Positions 39,091 through 51,500 of a DNA stretch of 64,000 nt are shown in pieces. Position numbers and translations under genes: made by a program. The stretch comes from Octopus bimaculoides (lineage: Eukaryota): the NCBI RefSeq assembly GCF_001194135.2, contig NC_068990.1:3356096-3420095 (forward strand), in the 5' to 3' direction. The notes beneath the pieces were generated by a model. It saw only the letters and a program-made list of their open reading frames with translations. It searched no databases and was not told where the DNA came from. How positions within the stretch are numbered: the first letter of the stretch is position 1; each line of letters begins with the position of its first letter.

Positions 39091-40966
39091 CGGTGTTAAT
39101 GCTAGAGGCTCTTAAGAATTATTTGTAATTTCTTTTGCTATCATATTGGGTTGTTGCGGGCGCGCGTTGTTCGACTTCTTTAGAAAGAAAGAACTTTCTG
39201 TGTGAACATTTGTATTCGTTTCAACAGTCAGCTGATATAGTATTGGAAAAACATGGATGACAGTTTACGACTGTAGAATATCGAGTGAGAAGCGATGTTG
39301 AACAGGCAGGAATAGTTGACTTTTAGGTTATTTGCTTTGGAAATCTCATCGTAGTTATATACTGGTGCGAAATATAATCTTCCATGTTTTGAAATAATCT
39401 AGTTATGTTTATGGTTAGAATTTATTTGGTAATATGTTTACTAGATCAAGACTGTTCCTTACCTAAATAAAAATAACAATAGCGGAACATATTGCATTTG
39501 GGAGTGTGGGATAGAGGAGACGTAGCTATAGATAAGTGTATATAAGGGTATGAATCTGATCCAAGTGTATTAGATGATGTGGTGTGATTTGAAAATGAAC
39601 ATTTAGCTACAACTTGTAAAAGCGTGTGAGCATGAAGATGGTTCATGAAATTCTGACGCTGATTTTGCTTAACCGCATTTTAATCATCTCTGAATAGACC
39701 GAGGATCAAATGCATTCAAATCTGTACCATAATGCATATACAGTACTATCTAGGAATACTTCATCTAATTCATTTTTCTTTTCAAAATTATACGATAGTA
39801 TCCTGAGGGGATTTGACTGCTGTTATAGGCAGGTCAAGAGGTCACGTACATGATTCCTTGATAACGCCTATTACTTTAATTTACCGTGGTATAGCACCAA
39901 ATTGCGTATGGAAAACAATATCTCCAAATTCAATACACTTACTGAATCTGTTGCTACAGATTTATATAACAGGCATCAAACACCACTATTATGAATATAC
40001 AGATTATAAAAAAACGACGAAACAAAGTTCATTACACCATTGTCTTTTCACATTACTATTGCTAAATACAGGCCATAAATCTTCGTCACATGACAATATA
40101 ACTCATGGTTTATATAGATATACATTAGATATATCCTTTTAATTTTGCAGCGGCTTCAGTTGCATGGATGTCAGCATGGATTTGCACATGAAGCCTACAA
40201 TTATGATAAAGTAGGTGATCAAAGTAAGATGAGGACAGCTAGATATGCAGCGATATAAACATAGATTTTGATGTATATTAACATGTTTTTATAAGCATGA
40301 TAATTGTATCATTGATCACATACTTTTGACAGAGGTTCTCACAAACTGACATTCTGTTTTTGCTATATTTTATTATTACTACATTAGCCCAAAGTAAAAT
40401 CAGATTTGTCCTAACAGATGCTTTGCTAACTACAGGAAAATCACTAGCAAAATGAATCATACCTTTTATATTTATAGAGAGAGGGTGGTATAGATATATA
40501 TGTGGATATATATGTAGAAAGAGGCTGAGTACACACACAAATACACACACATACACGCGCGCGCGCGCGCGCAACCACTTTCTTCCGCTCATTTCATCAT
40601 GACGAAACCGTTAGTCCGTACTCATTTTTCCTCTCCGTTTTGTTTTCGTTCTCTCTATATATATTTCTCTCAACCCTTTCTTATATAGAGAGTTAAGTCC
40701 CAATATATCGATTCATCTAATCCGGTGGTACTCATTGAAAATGCTCCTTAATATATTATTCTACAAAGCATAGGATAGAAAAGAAAAATTAGAGTATATA
40801 AAATTATACTATAAAATATGCTATAACATTTATTTTACCATACGAAATTTTATCATGGTATATTTCTCTCGTTATTTACAATTATATATATATTGTTATA
40901 TTTTACGATGGTCATGTTTTTTTGTTTTGTTTTTTCTCAAATAAACACACGCCCTATATATTCGTC

Positions 40967-41211
40967 CTTCACTCGTTTATCACTGTTCTTATTTTAACTG
41001 ATGTCCTTGTCCGGAAATCTTTCGTCACAAATCTATGACATCTTCAGCGATACTTTCTGCCCTCTTGTATCCTAGAAAGGCGGAATAGAGTCAGCAGAGC
41101 AGGAGGATACAGGTGGAAGGAAAGTGTCGCTGAAGAGATCACAGGTGTGTGGCGAAAGATATTCGAACAATGGATATCAATTAAATTAAGAACAGTCATA
41201 AACGATTGAAG
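40967..41211. repeat. ~105-bp-arm inverted repeat; each arm carries a degenerate hammerhead core
   Basis: Arms ~40967-41074 and ~41104-41211 are reverse complements. Minus arm: gtatcg-CUGAAGA-U-GUCAUA-GAUU-UGUGAC-GAAA-GAUUU. Plus arm: gtgtcg-CUGAAGA(41130-41136)-gaucacagguguguggc-GAAA(41154-41157)-GAUAUU-cgaaca. Confidence 0.7.
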
Positions 41212-41228
41212 ATTAAGTCTCACTTAAT

Positions 41229-41430
41229 GGAACCAGCTGGCAGAATTGTTACATCGTCGGATAAAATGCTTAGCAGCATTTATTCTGGTTTTACGTCCGA
41301 GTTCAAATCCCACCGAGATCAAGTACACTTTCCATTCCTTTCGGATCGATAACATAATTACCAAAATCAAGTACTGAGTTCGATATACTCGGCTTGCCCC
41401 TATCCCCTACAATTACAGGCTTTGAATTTG
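41229..41430 (+). mobile_element. SINE family A, decayed
   Basis: agctggcagaattgtta...aaaatgcttagc.gcattt...gagttcaaatcccaccgag. Confidence 0.8.
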
Positions 41431-43442
41431 TAGTAGAAACAACGGAATCTCAAACTCATTTATATGTGTATTTGCAAGAATATTATTCCCAAGTTCTTAA
41501 AATTCACTTCTCTCCTTGAGATGTCTCCAATTTTTTAAAATTTTTTCGTCTATCAGTCCGAATGAAAATTTTCCAAATAATTAAGAAATTATTCTTTTCG
41601 CCATTCATTTCACCAATCTTCAAATTGAATATACATGTGCGTATGTATGTACGCGCGTGCGTATGTGTGTCAATGTACGTTGGTATGTATGATATCATAT
41701 ATACTGAATATTAATGCTGAAAATCTTTTCACCTTGTATTTGTGTTTCTTAAACTTTGCAAAAACAATCCACTGAAATATAGAAATAATACCCTATACAG
41801 TAATGTACGCTTAAATTCAATATCCTTTACCTAAAATTACTACCAATGTATTTCTGGAACGAGACACACTCGAAAACAAAAAGACTGGATGTGATTTGTT
41901 TTACTTTTCATTTAAGAAGAGGGCCAAAATAATTTCCCTCAAACTAAGGAAGAGCCTCCATAGAAAATGATGTGGTGTTTACAGCCAAAATTACACGAGA
42001 AACGTAATTATACCAAATACATTTGTTAAAGCTTTAGTAAGTATGGTTGTTGAAGCCGAATATATTACAGGTTTCTTCTCAAAGTATATCTACAATTACT
42101 TTATACACGTATATTATATCACTTATAGGAAGCCAATACTAAGTGCTATGTATCCCTGAACATAATTCTGCTGCAGCAATCTTGGCATCATTAAGTAATG
42201 CGTTTCTTAACATCAGTATGTCATTCCTTTGTTTCTATTTTGGACAAGTAATGAATATACACTATCACGAAAAATTTTCAATCCAAACTTACATAATCAT
42301 GAAAACGGATGAACTTACTGAAGTTATTCCATCCTATTACATGACAAACTTACCCTTACGTTTACGAAAAATATATATAACGAATACGTCCTGCGTAATA
42401 TGCATGGGAACCCTATAGAATGATTATTGAGATATAGCAAATATAAACTTCTTAGGTTGCTTTTCAAGAGAAAACATCTAATTCTGCATTCTAGCATTAC
42501 TTTTGCTCTGTAGAATAATAACTGTGAACTAGCATTCAGTTGGAAGAATCAATGTATGTTCGATAGGCTAAACGTCTTATCCCGAAGTTGAAGCTAAAGC
42601 TTGGGTGGATATCTCATCCGTTTGACACTTCACGAAGAAAATCCGCTGCATTTTTCCTATGATAAGAGAAAAGATTAGCTTCTTTCGCTATAATACCTTT
42701 TGTACAAGAAAACCTCGCTTTACTAATGCTAAATACGTTATAATACCTCTAATAAAAACCTGAAACAAGAAATCAACCTGATCCAATCAGCACGCATATT
42801 ATGTTAATATTATTCTACCGAGAAAAGATTGCACTAGAAAAAATAGTTGTTTCTAATTTCCAAATATTCGCAACATTAAAGAAAGAGATAAATTGAATGG
42901 CAGCAATTTCCGATAGATCAATGAAATTGGGACCAAATATAGGAAATTAGCAGAGTCACCAACTATTTCTTCTCATTCTTCTTCTGATTTGTTTTTAAAT
43001 ATTGTTTCTTTTATCCCAGCTTAAAAGCAATCAAGCACCATCAAATGTCTTTGTCAATTTCTTTATGTAAGGTTTAACGCATTCAATCCAAGCGTATATA
43101 ACTACACACGTATACATATATGCACACACCACACACGTGCATGGGCGCACACTAAACCATTTGCTTTTGAATGAAGTTTACAGGCTACAGAAAGTGTGTC
43201 CCACAACACATCGTTTGCTGCTCCTCCTGATTTCTTGTACATATAACGTTTTCCGATAGAATATTGTTGCTTATGAAGACGTGTATGCATTTGGAAGTGA
43301 ATTATATAAGTCCTTATTGGGAACGAACATATTGTGAGCTTGAAATGAATATAACAACAACTGTTATTAATTCAATCACAGTTCACTGGACACATGGTGT
43401 CACAAAATGAATTAAAACGAGAACCACGCTCACACAAACGCA

Positions 43443-43492
<50 letters not shown>

Positions 43493-43817
43493 CTCAATCT
43501 CTCTCTCACATACAACGCACGTGCACACTCACACACACACACACACATACACGCACACACATAAATATATGTATGGCAATGGTTTCCTGAAAACAGTGAG
43601 CTACGCGAAACCAAACCTGGAAACATGACGTTATGAAAGAACTTCCAAATACTACCTTTATACGAGATATGAATGGGAAACCAGCAGACACTGTATTACA
43701 GTATGGTACAAACTAACAAATAAAGATGAATAAATACATTTTGATGGATCGAAAGTATACTGATGTAACATTAAGAAAACAACACTGCAACACAAATGAA
43801 GCACAGCCAGGCTTGAT

Positions 43818-44235
43818 ATTCTTTTTTATTCTAAGTATAAGGCCCGAAATGTTTGGGGAGGGGTCAGTCGATTAGATCTACCCCAGTACGCAACTGGTAC
43901 TTAATTTATCGACCTCGAAAGGAGGAAAGACAAAGTCCACTTCGGCGGAATTTTAACTCAGGCTTTATCTTGCAGATTTATGATCAAAGGCGTTTCAAAT
44001 CTAATTTATTTTATACTATTTTGTAATAGTAATTATTTGTTTCCTTTTTTTTTTGTTTGTTTTGTCTTTTTGATACGGTATCATTTGAGAGAAATTTCGG
44101 AATTTTGCAAATATTTCCACGAAGTTGTGCGACAGCACAAAAATAACCATATTGGGTCAGTAGGGTAATAAAATTGTAATTGTCGTTGCTGCTTTTTTAC
44201 CACTAGGTATTTCGCCCAGCGTGCTAACGTTTCTT
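43818..44235 (-). mobile_element. SINE family A interrupted by a 247-bp foreign segment (43955-44201)
   Basis: SINE body runs to ggcggaattttaactcag, then the insert, then resumes at taccactaggtatttcgcccagcgtgctaacgtttct. Confidence 0.85.
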
Positions 44236-44461
44236 ATTTCTTTATTTCCCACAAAGGGCTAATCATAGAGGGGACAAACAAGGACAGACAAAGGGATTAA
44301 GTCGATTACATTGACCCCAGTGCGTAACTAGTACTTAATTTATCGACCCGGAAAGGATGAAAGGCAAAGTCGACTTCGGCGGAATTTGAACTCAGAGCGG
44401 CAGACAAAATACCATTAAGCATTTCGCCCGGCGTGCTAACGTTTCTGCCAGCTCGCCGCCT
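44231..44461 (-). mobile_element. SINE family A, well preserved, variant 3' tail
   Basis: gtacttaatttatcgacccggaaaggatgaaaggcaaagtcgacttcggcggaatttgaactcagagcggcagacaaaataccattaagcatttcgcccggcgtgctaacgtttctgccagctcgccgcc. Confidence 0.9.
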
Positions 44462-45281
44462 TCAACCAGCCTTGATATTGTAAAGGTGCATGGCCTAGTG
44501 ATTTGGATGTTGCATCCACGATCTCTAAACTCAGCTTCTATTCCTGACCGAGTCTTGAGTTGTATCATTGAGCAAAACACTTCATTTCACTTTCCTCCAG
44601 GCTACTCAGCTGTAAATGAGAAACGCTGCCATTCTGTTCAACGGGAATAGTATGGTCTCCGTTACTTATACGCCAAAGAAATCAAATAACCGATCCTTTG
44701 AGTTCAAGTACTGTAAACAATGTATGATGTTCGGTGATCTCAAAATGCAAACACTTTTGTTGTCGAATTCAGCTGCTCGCTTGCACCATATGCCAAGAAA
44801 ATATAGGAGAAAAAGCGAAATATTCATGGACCGCTGAGAAACTTGATACGCCAGTACTCACAATACACTTACAGTTTATATTAAGTCAGGAGGTTTGAGA
44901 TGAATATATATCTATTTCACCAGTTGAACAAAGAGATAACTGCAATGAACTCAGTTCTGTAATATATAACCTACGGAAGAACATGATGTTTAGAACAATG
45001 AAATTATGCAACAACTTCTTAAAATTTAGAGGAAGAATACATAATTGTGAGAATGGTGAGGAAGAAAACACGATATGTTTCTTTTTAACTGAGCCCCCCA
45101 AGCAATCTTAAGAAAATAAGCTCTCAGACTTCCGTCAACATGTATATAAATTCACTCATATACACACGCACATACACACACATGGAAATGCGTGCTTGCG
45201 TGTGCGAACACGCGTATGTGTGTATGTGCATATATGTAATTCTACATATGCATACGCATGTTTTTTTTATATACGCGTCTG

Positions 45282-45320
<39 letters not shown>

Positions 45321-45345
45321 ATGTGTGTGTGTGTATGTGTGTGTA

Positions 45346-45404
<59 letters not shown>

Positions 45405-46347
45405 GCATCAGTAAATATGTCCAATAATACAGATTCTATTCTTATTTTCGGAAGAAAGCAGGTCTTTTGATGCTATTAGATATGAAATTAGCTTCCATGT
45501 ATAGGATTTCTTTCGCTAAAGCATATGCGTGCTTAGATTTCTGATGCAAAGCTATGCCATCCGACACATTGAATAGCAAATCTCCTCATTTACATTGATC
45601 TTGATTCCTTGATATATTCCTAATTCTATAAGGAATTATATAAGCCGTTTCCAAATGCGTATACAACTTCACATGTAAAAAACATTATTTCAGTAAACGT
45701 GACATTTACAGGTAAATACGAATAGAAATAAATGAAACATTATACGAGAGATATAGTGTTGGATGTAAATAAGTGTCATCCAACGACGGCAAGTTATATG
45801 TAGTGTGTATGCGTTTACATTTTTATCGAAAATGAAATTAGTTTGTTCTTAATGCATGTTGGGGCACTGATTCCAACGATGCCTTTTTCCCCTTTTTTCC
45901 TTTACCACAAATAGGTTTCATTTTTCTTAAATTTTACTGTTACATATTTATTAATATCTTTTTACAAAATCCGTTTATGGCTTGAATCGAAGAAACAGAA
46001 TATATTTCATTCATTTCTACATTATTAATTTTTACCTTAATTTTCAAGTTATATATCCTGTGAGACACACTTGTCGTTTCATCATATTCGCTTGAAATCT
46101 TGCTACAAAGCTAGCAATTCTAGGGAAAGTAGAAAATCGTCGTAAAATATAAGTTATACATGGTGTACAAAATGCTGATGCAATCTTCCTGATGTAGTTG
46201 AAGTTACCTGCAGGGTCAACTGAAAACCACCACTACTCCTCATCTAGAACATTAAGAGACCGTGACCTTCCCCATTGTCATTCTCACACCCACATTTAGA
46301 GTGTTCCCATGCTTCGCCGCTATTTTCACAACTTTCACGTAACTTAC

Positions 46348-46454
46348 TATAAATTGACGTGAGAGCACCTCCCTCTGCATTCCCTGTCCCTTTAACGGTT
46401 ATTCGTCTATATAGACTCAGCTGCCTCCCGGACTCGTCCAGTACACAATAGTAG
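46348..46454 (-). CDS. Candidate internal exon, YYCVLDESGRQLSLYRRITVKGTGNAEGGALTSIY (alternatively a decayed LINE endonuclease)
   Basis: Long pyrimidine tract ending ...gaacag, open 107-nt frame (phase 2 to phase 1), donor gtaagt; GC-richer than flanks; no homologue recognised. Confidence 0.3.
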
Positions 46455-46552
46455 CTGTTCGGTATAGCAAAAACATAAAAATTACAAAATAAGTAAAAGA
46501 ATATATATGTGAGGACGTTTTCTTGCATGTGTATGCATAGTCGGGCACACAT

Positions 46553-46689
<137 letters not shown>

Positions 46690-47101
46690 TGCAGGTGTAG
46701 AAATAAGCGTAGGCCCTGCATGGCTGAATATTTAAGAATTGGATTTGCAAACACGAGAATCTGGCTTTCTATCCCTCTGCGAGGTTTCTGGAGCAAATGT
46801 AATTTTCTCAACATTTAGTTCCGCCCCATGTTTTTGTGCGTGAAATTGGGATGATAGAAACAATATAGAAAACCGTTCTAGGGATTGCTCCTGTTATAAA
46901 ATTGGTACCATCTTGTCATATATTTTATCAACCTGACTTTGACAGGGAATCACTTTAAGGTTGCACGTAAGATTCACAAGCTCAGCCAATTACATGGTAA
47001 TTCAGGAGCAGGTAATTCACTTGATCGAACAACTGAGTCTTCATCGTGTAACGACGGAGCTCCGCCATTTATATTAAGATATTTATATATATAAATATAT
47101 A

Positions 47102-47141
<40 letters not shown>

Positions 47142-47235
47142 TGTGGGTGTGTGTGTGTGCGCGTGTGAATACCACTATAAATCAATAAATGAATGAAATG
47201 TCAGAGATGATGTCCTTTGTTTTGTTATTAACATC

Positions 47236-47481
47236 AACTCAGGCTTTATCTTGCAGATTTATGATCAAAGGCGTTTCAAATCTAATTTATTTTATACTAT
47301 TTTGTAATAGTAATTATTTGTTTCCTTTTTTTTTGTTTGTTTTGTCTTTTTGATACGGTATCATTTGAGAGAAATTTCGGAATTTTGCAAATATTTCCAC
47401 GAAGTTGTGCGACAGCACAAAAATAACCATATTGGGTCAGTAGGGTAATAAAATTGTAATTGTCGTTGCTGCTTTTTTACC
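47236..47481 (+). repeat. 246-bp segment duplicated at 43955-44201
   Basis: Identical by eye except one T in a poly-T run (9 versus 10). Confidence 0.95.
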
Positions 47482-47934
47482 TCAGGGTCACCTCTCCTGT
47501 AACAAGCCTATAACCAAAGGAAATCATATCATTACTATCCTGTCTGTTTGTGAAGGGCAACCTGGGACACGTTATCCAATATGCCACTTCTAATACGGCA
47601 TGTTGTCAGCTAAAGTGGATTTCATTGCACTTTCCAGCAAGCTGAAAGACCACCAGTGACCCTCTCACTAGCTGATAGTGTAACATTGTTTGTTATGTTG
47701 TTGTCATGAAACCACGGGCCAGCTCTGTTCAAGCAGATCTATGATAAAAGACGTGACCCTATAGTTAGGATGACACCATCTCCATCCTAAATACACAGGA
47801 CCCATGAGCATTGACTATTGTCTTTATTTATGACGCTAAGATGCGAGTTGGGTGAGGTTTAGCTATAATAATTAGCAGATCAAGCGAACACTTACATACA
47901 GGCTCTCTCGTTCACGCATGGTTGCAATGCTAGT

Positions 47935-48251
47935 ATATCAATAAAGAAGCACTCCGTCGGTTGCGACGACGAGGGTCCCAGCTGATCCGATCAACGGAAC
48001 AGCCTGCTCATGAAATTAACGTGCAAGTGACTGAGCAATCCCAGACATGTGTAGCCCAAACGTAGTTCTCAGGGAGACTCGGCGTGACACATAGCGTGAC
48101 AAGGCCAGCCCTTTGAAATACAGGTACTATAGATCTGCTGGACTGGAGCAACGTGAAATAAAGTGTCTTGCTCAAGGACACAAGGCGTCGCTGGTAATGG
48201 AACCCACGATCGTGAGCCGAATGCCCTATCCATTAAGCCACGCGCCTTCAC
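47935..48251 (-). mobile_element. SINE family C (tRNA head plus gtgtccttgagcaagacactt conserved body)
   Basis: Minus strand gtgaaggcgcgtggcttaatggatagggcattcggctcacgatc...ttgtgtccttgagcaagacactttatttcacgttgctccagtcc; decayed plus-strand relatives at ~2680-2810 and ~44487-44620. Confidence 0.8.
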
Positions 48252-48299
48252 TAGTATGACGGCAATATTCATGATAATGACAGCTCTACAATCAAATGC

Positions 48300-48480
48300 C
48301 GTGATGTAGTTGTTGCTGCTATTAATGGTGGTGGTGGTTTTGGTGGTTTTGATGGTGGTGGCAGTCGTCGTCGTGATAGTAGAGGTCGTGGTGGTCGTGG
48401 TGGTCGTGGTAGTCGTGGTGATTGAGATGGTAGTGGTATTGCTGCTGCTGGTGTCTGTGGTGGTTTGTGGTGGCGGTGCC
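48300..48480. repeat. Degenerate (GGT/GTC/GCT)n trinucleotide low-complexity tract
   Basis: Direct reading; source of the poly-Val and Pro-rich ORFs. Confidence 0.85.
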
Positions 48481-48990
48481 GAAAAGTGCCATAGTCCAAG
48501 TATTTACATGTAATAAGGACGATTTAGCAGCAACTTCGACTACAATGTTGAGTGTGTTAAACCAACGGAAATATTTCAGTCACTAGGAAAAAATTTATTA
48601 CGCTGAACTAAATATATTGATCTATTTTTGTTTCTGTTTTTATTCCTTCTCTAAATAAAAACCAAATACTAAATCAAAGAAAAAAGATATTAACTAATAA
48701 AATCAATACAAAAATGTTGTGCTAAATCAAAATGAATATTTCATTCTTTTATTAGATAGAATCTAAATTAATCAGCAGTAATGTTTAAATTTCACAGACT
48801 GTTCCTAACATATTTTATAGTTTATTATACAAAAATCATTTATCCTTGCAATAATTTTCACACTGCAAAAGCCAAAATAATTTTTTTATGAATCGTAAAC
48901 TAAAAACGTGAAATTAGAAGGATTAAAAACGTAGCAACCAATGTAATATACAACAACAACAACAACAACAACAATAATAATACTAATAAT

Positions 48991-49200
48991 GGTTTCAATT
49001 TTTGCCACAAGGGTAGCATTTATGGGGGTGGGATGAGACGATTACATCGGCCTCAGTGTTCAATTGGTCCTAAATCTATCGACCTTAAAATGATGAAAGG
49101 AAAAGTCGACCTTGGCGGAATTTGAACTCAGAACGTAGCGACGGCCGAAATACCGCTAAGCGTTTCGTTCAGCGTGTTAACGATTCTACCAGAGCGCCGT
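48991..49200 (-). mobile_element. SINE family A with (ATT/GTT)n tail
   Basis: gtcgaccttggcggaatttgaactcagaacgtagcgacggccgaaataccgctaagcg...aacgattctaccag; tail at 48950-48990. Confidence 0.9.
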
Positions 49201-49202
49201 CT

Positions 49203-49245
49203 TGATGATGATGATGATAATAATAATAATAATAATAATAATAAT

Positions 49246-49300
<55 letters not shown>

Positions 49301-49310
49301 CGATGATGAT
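49203..49310. repeat. (GAT)n/(AAT)n compound trinucleotide microsatellite
   Basis: Direct reading; further (GAT)n at 50088-50140 and 50342-50397, (AAT)n at 51349-51407. Confidence 0.95.
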
Positions 49311-49864
49311 GAGGCAGTGGCTCTCATAGCTTCTGCTCTTAACTGATTGAAAGTACTATCATTGTTTTGTCTTGGTATAAAAGATGGGCTACAGCAAATA
49401 TTCTGCCCAATACCACAGAATTGCTTGTCAGTTGTTTGACCTTGACCATTTGAGCATGTCTCATAATGCCTGACAATATGTGCATCTCTGATCACAAGCA
49501 GAAGTAGTGGAGGAGCATCATAGCCATGTGTTGAGAGGAATTCTTTAGAGTTTGAATAATTCACCTCTGGAAACATGGGTGTTTCGATCAACAACCTTAA
49601 ACAACCCTTATTCAGGGACCTTTTGAATGGAATGGGCTACTCTATTTGATGAACATTCTTACTGGGCCCCGCCTGCAAGATCATGCGCTGTTTATCTTAA
49701 TATGAGATCACCTTGTCGCGCACATATGGTAGTGGTGCATGTCCCTGGTATACCCTTATCAGACGGGTAGTCGTGATGGGTATATTGGGCTTCGTTTATT
49801 TTACCCCAGTGTTACTTTGATGGCATGCACTACTCTCTCACTCAATAATAATTATTATTATCAT

Positions 49865-50098
49865 AATCCTTTTTACTATAGGTACAAGGTCTGAAAACTT
49901 GGGAGAGGGGACGAGAGGATTGCATCGACATAAGCGTTTCATTGGTACTTAATTTATCGACTCCGAGAGAATGAAAGGCAAAGGCGACCTCACCGGAATT
50001 TGAACTCAGAAAGTAGCGGCAGACGAAATACAATTAAGCATTTCGCCCGGCGTGCAAATGATTCTACCAGCTCGCCGCCTTAATAGCAATGATGATGG

Positions 50099-50141
<43 letters not shown>

Positions 50142-50340
50142 GAGGAGGAAGAGGGGAGAAGGATTTGTAATATGGGTACAAAGCTTGAAATCTTTTTGGA
50201 GAGGATGGTCGGTTATATGGACTCCAGTGGTCTAATGGGACTTATCTTATCGACCCTGAAAATGATGAAAGGCAAAACTCGAGCTCGGAGGGATTTGAAC
50301 TTAGAACGTAAAGACGGACGAAATGACACTAAACATTTGA
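49865..50340 (-). mobile_element. Two SINE family A copies in tandem (49865-50081, 50160-50340)
   Basis: ggtacttaatttatcgac...gaaaggcaaagg.gacctc...ggaatttgaactcagaa.gtag...agcatttcgcccggcgtgc; second copy is more decayed. Confidence 0.85.
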
Positions 50341-50342
50341 GG

Positions 50343-50397
<55 letters not shown>

Positions 50398-50399
50398 CC

Positions 50400-51165
50400 T
50401 TCACACAAATGGCAAGAGCCCTCTCCCTGTTCTTTCGCAATATTCACCCACCTTTCAACAAATTGACTCGAGGACAGTTTCTCCTTCTCCATCCTCACTT
50501 TCCTTTCCAAGGAAGTCCCTACGCGCTCACTTTCTTGCAGTAAATTGACTACCTGACCATTGGAAGGCATCCCTTCACAAGAAAATAAATAAGAGAAGCT
50601 TCAACATAATCATGCAACACGACGGTAAGGCGATATATACTGATAGAAGTGCTGTATATATTTGCCAACCATGCCTGGCCTGTCAGGGACAAATTTTGTC
50701 TCCATTTCTGAATAAGACTGGCCACCCTATTTGTTACCTTGCAAAGTTATTATCCACCTGGAGGTCGGGACGGAACCAGACATCAAGAAGTTAAGTGGTC
50801 CGCTAGTCCAATATACAAAGACGCCGTCCGACGGCATGGAACTGATACTGTAGGCTACCATTCGCAAGCCAACTAACTTGTTGGCGTTGATTTCGGCTTC
50901 TGTAACAAACTCGTGTTCCTTTAGAAAGTTGCCGACCATCTCCACTTTTAGTGACTTACGATACTATGATGCTGAAATCGTCCAAGCACGTTGTAAATAT
51001 TAAATGCAGAAGACAGACCAAGCGTGCAATACAAAACGGTTTCGTTAGGGGGCCGTGTACTTTGACCAGCAAGCAAGATGCCACTGTGCTTTGCAGAGAT
51101 CTAGCTGTTTTCAAGACGGCTTCTAAGTTAGTGCTCAAGACTACTAAAGGCGCAAGGGCTGACAT
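50400..51165 (-). mobile_element. Decayed L1/Tx1-clade LINE reverse transcriptase fragment
   Basis: SALAPLVVLSTNLE (PLSPLL.VL.LE-like), TTCLDDFSIIVS (YADD region), EMVGNFLKEHEFVTEAEINANKLVGLR, RVASLIQKWRQNLSLTGQ (the LSLxGR pattern of Tx1 ORF2); frameshifts. Confidence 0.75.
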
Positions 51166-51348
51166 TTTGGGGTAGAGGACTAGTCGATTACGTCGACCCG
51201 TGATTCTCTAGTACTTAATTTATCAACACGGAATGGATGAAATGCAAAGTCGACCACGACGGAATTTGAAATCAGAATGCAAAGACTGACAAAATTCCGC
51301 TAAGTATTTTCTCTAGCGTGCCAACGTTTCTGCCATCACTCTTATACG

Positions 51349-51407
<59 letters not shown>

Positions 51408-51500
51408 TTATTAAAGGCACAAGGCTTGTAATTTGGGAGTAGGACACTAGTCGATTACATCGACCTCAGCGTTTCACTGGAACTTACTTTATCGATCCCG
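51143..51500 (-). mobile_element. SINE family A copy plus a 3' fragment of another, separated by (AAT)n
   Basis: ctagtcgattac.tcgacc...gtacttaatttatc...aaagtcgacc...ggaatttgaa.tcagaa; second piece at 51408-51500. Confidence 0.85.

Noticed and set aside
40556-40572. (CG)n run beside (CA)n, also at 4875-4888, as Z-DNA elements
   Set aside because: Short microsatellite variants with no evidence of function.
40590-40625. catgacgaaaccgttagtcc as a hammerhead remnant
   Set aside because: Only a GAAAC half is present; no CUGANGA or stem II.
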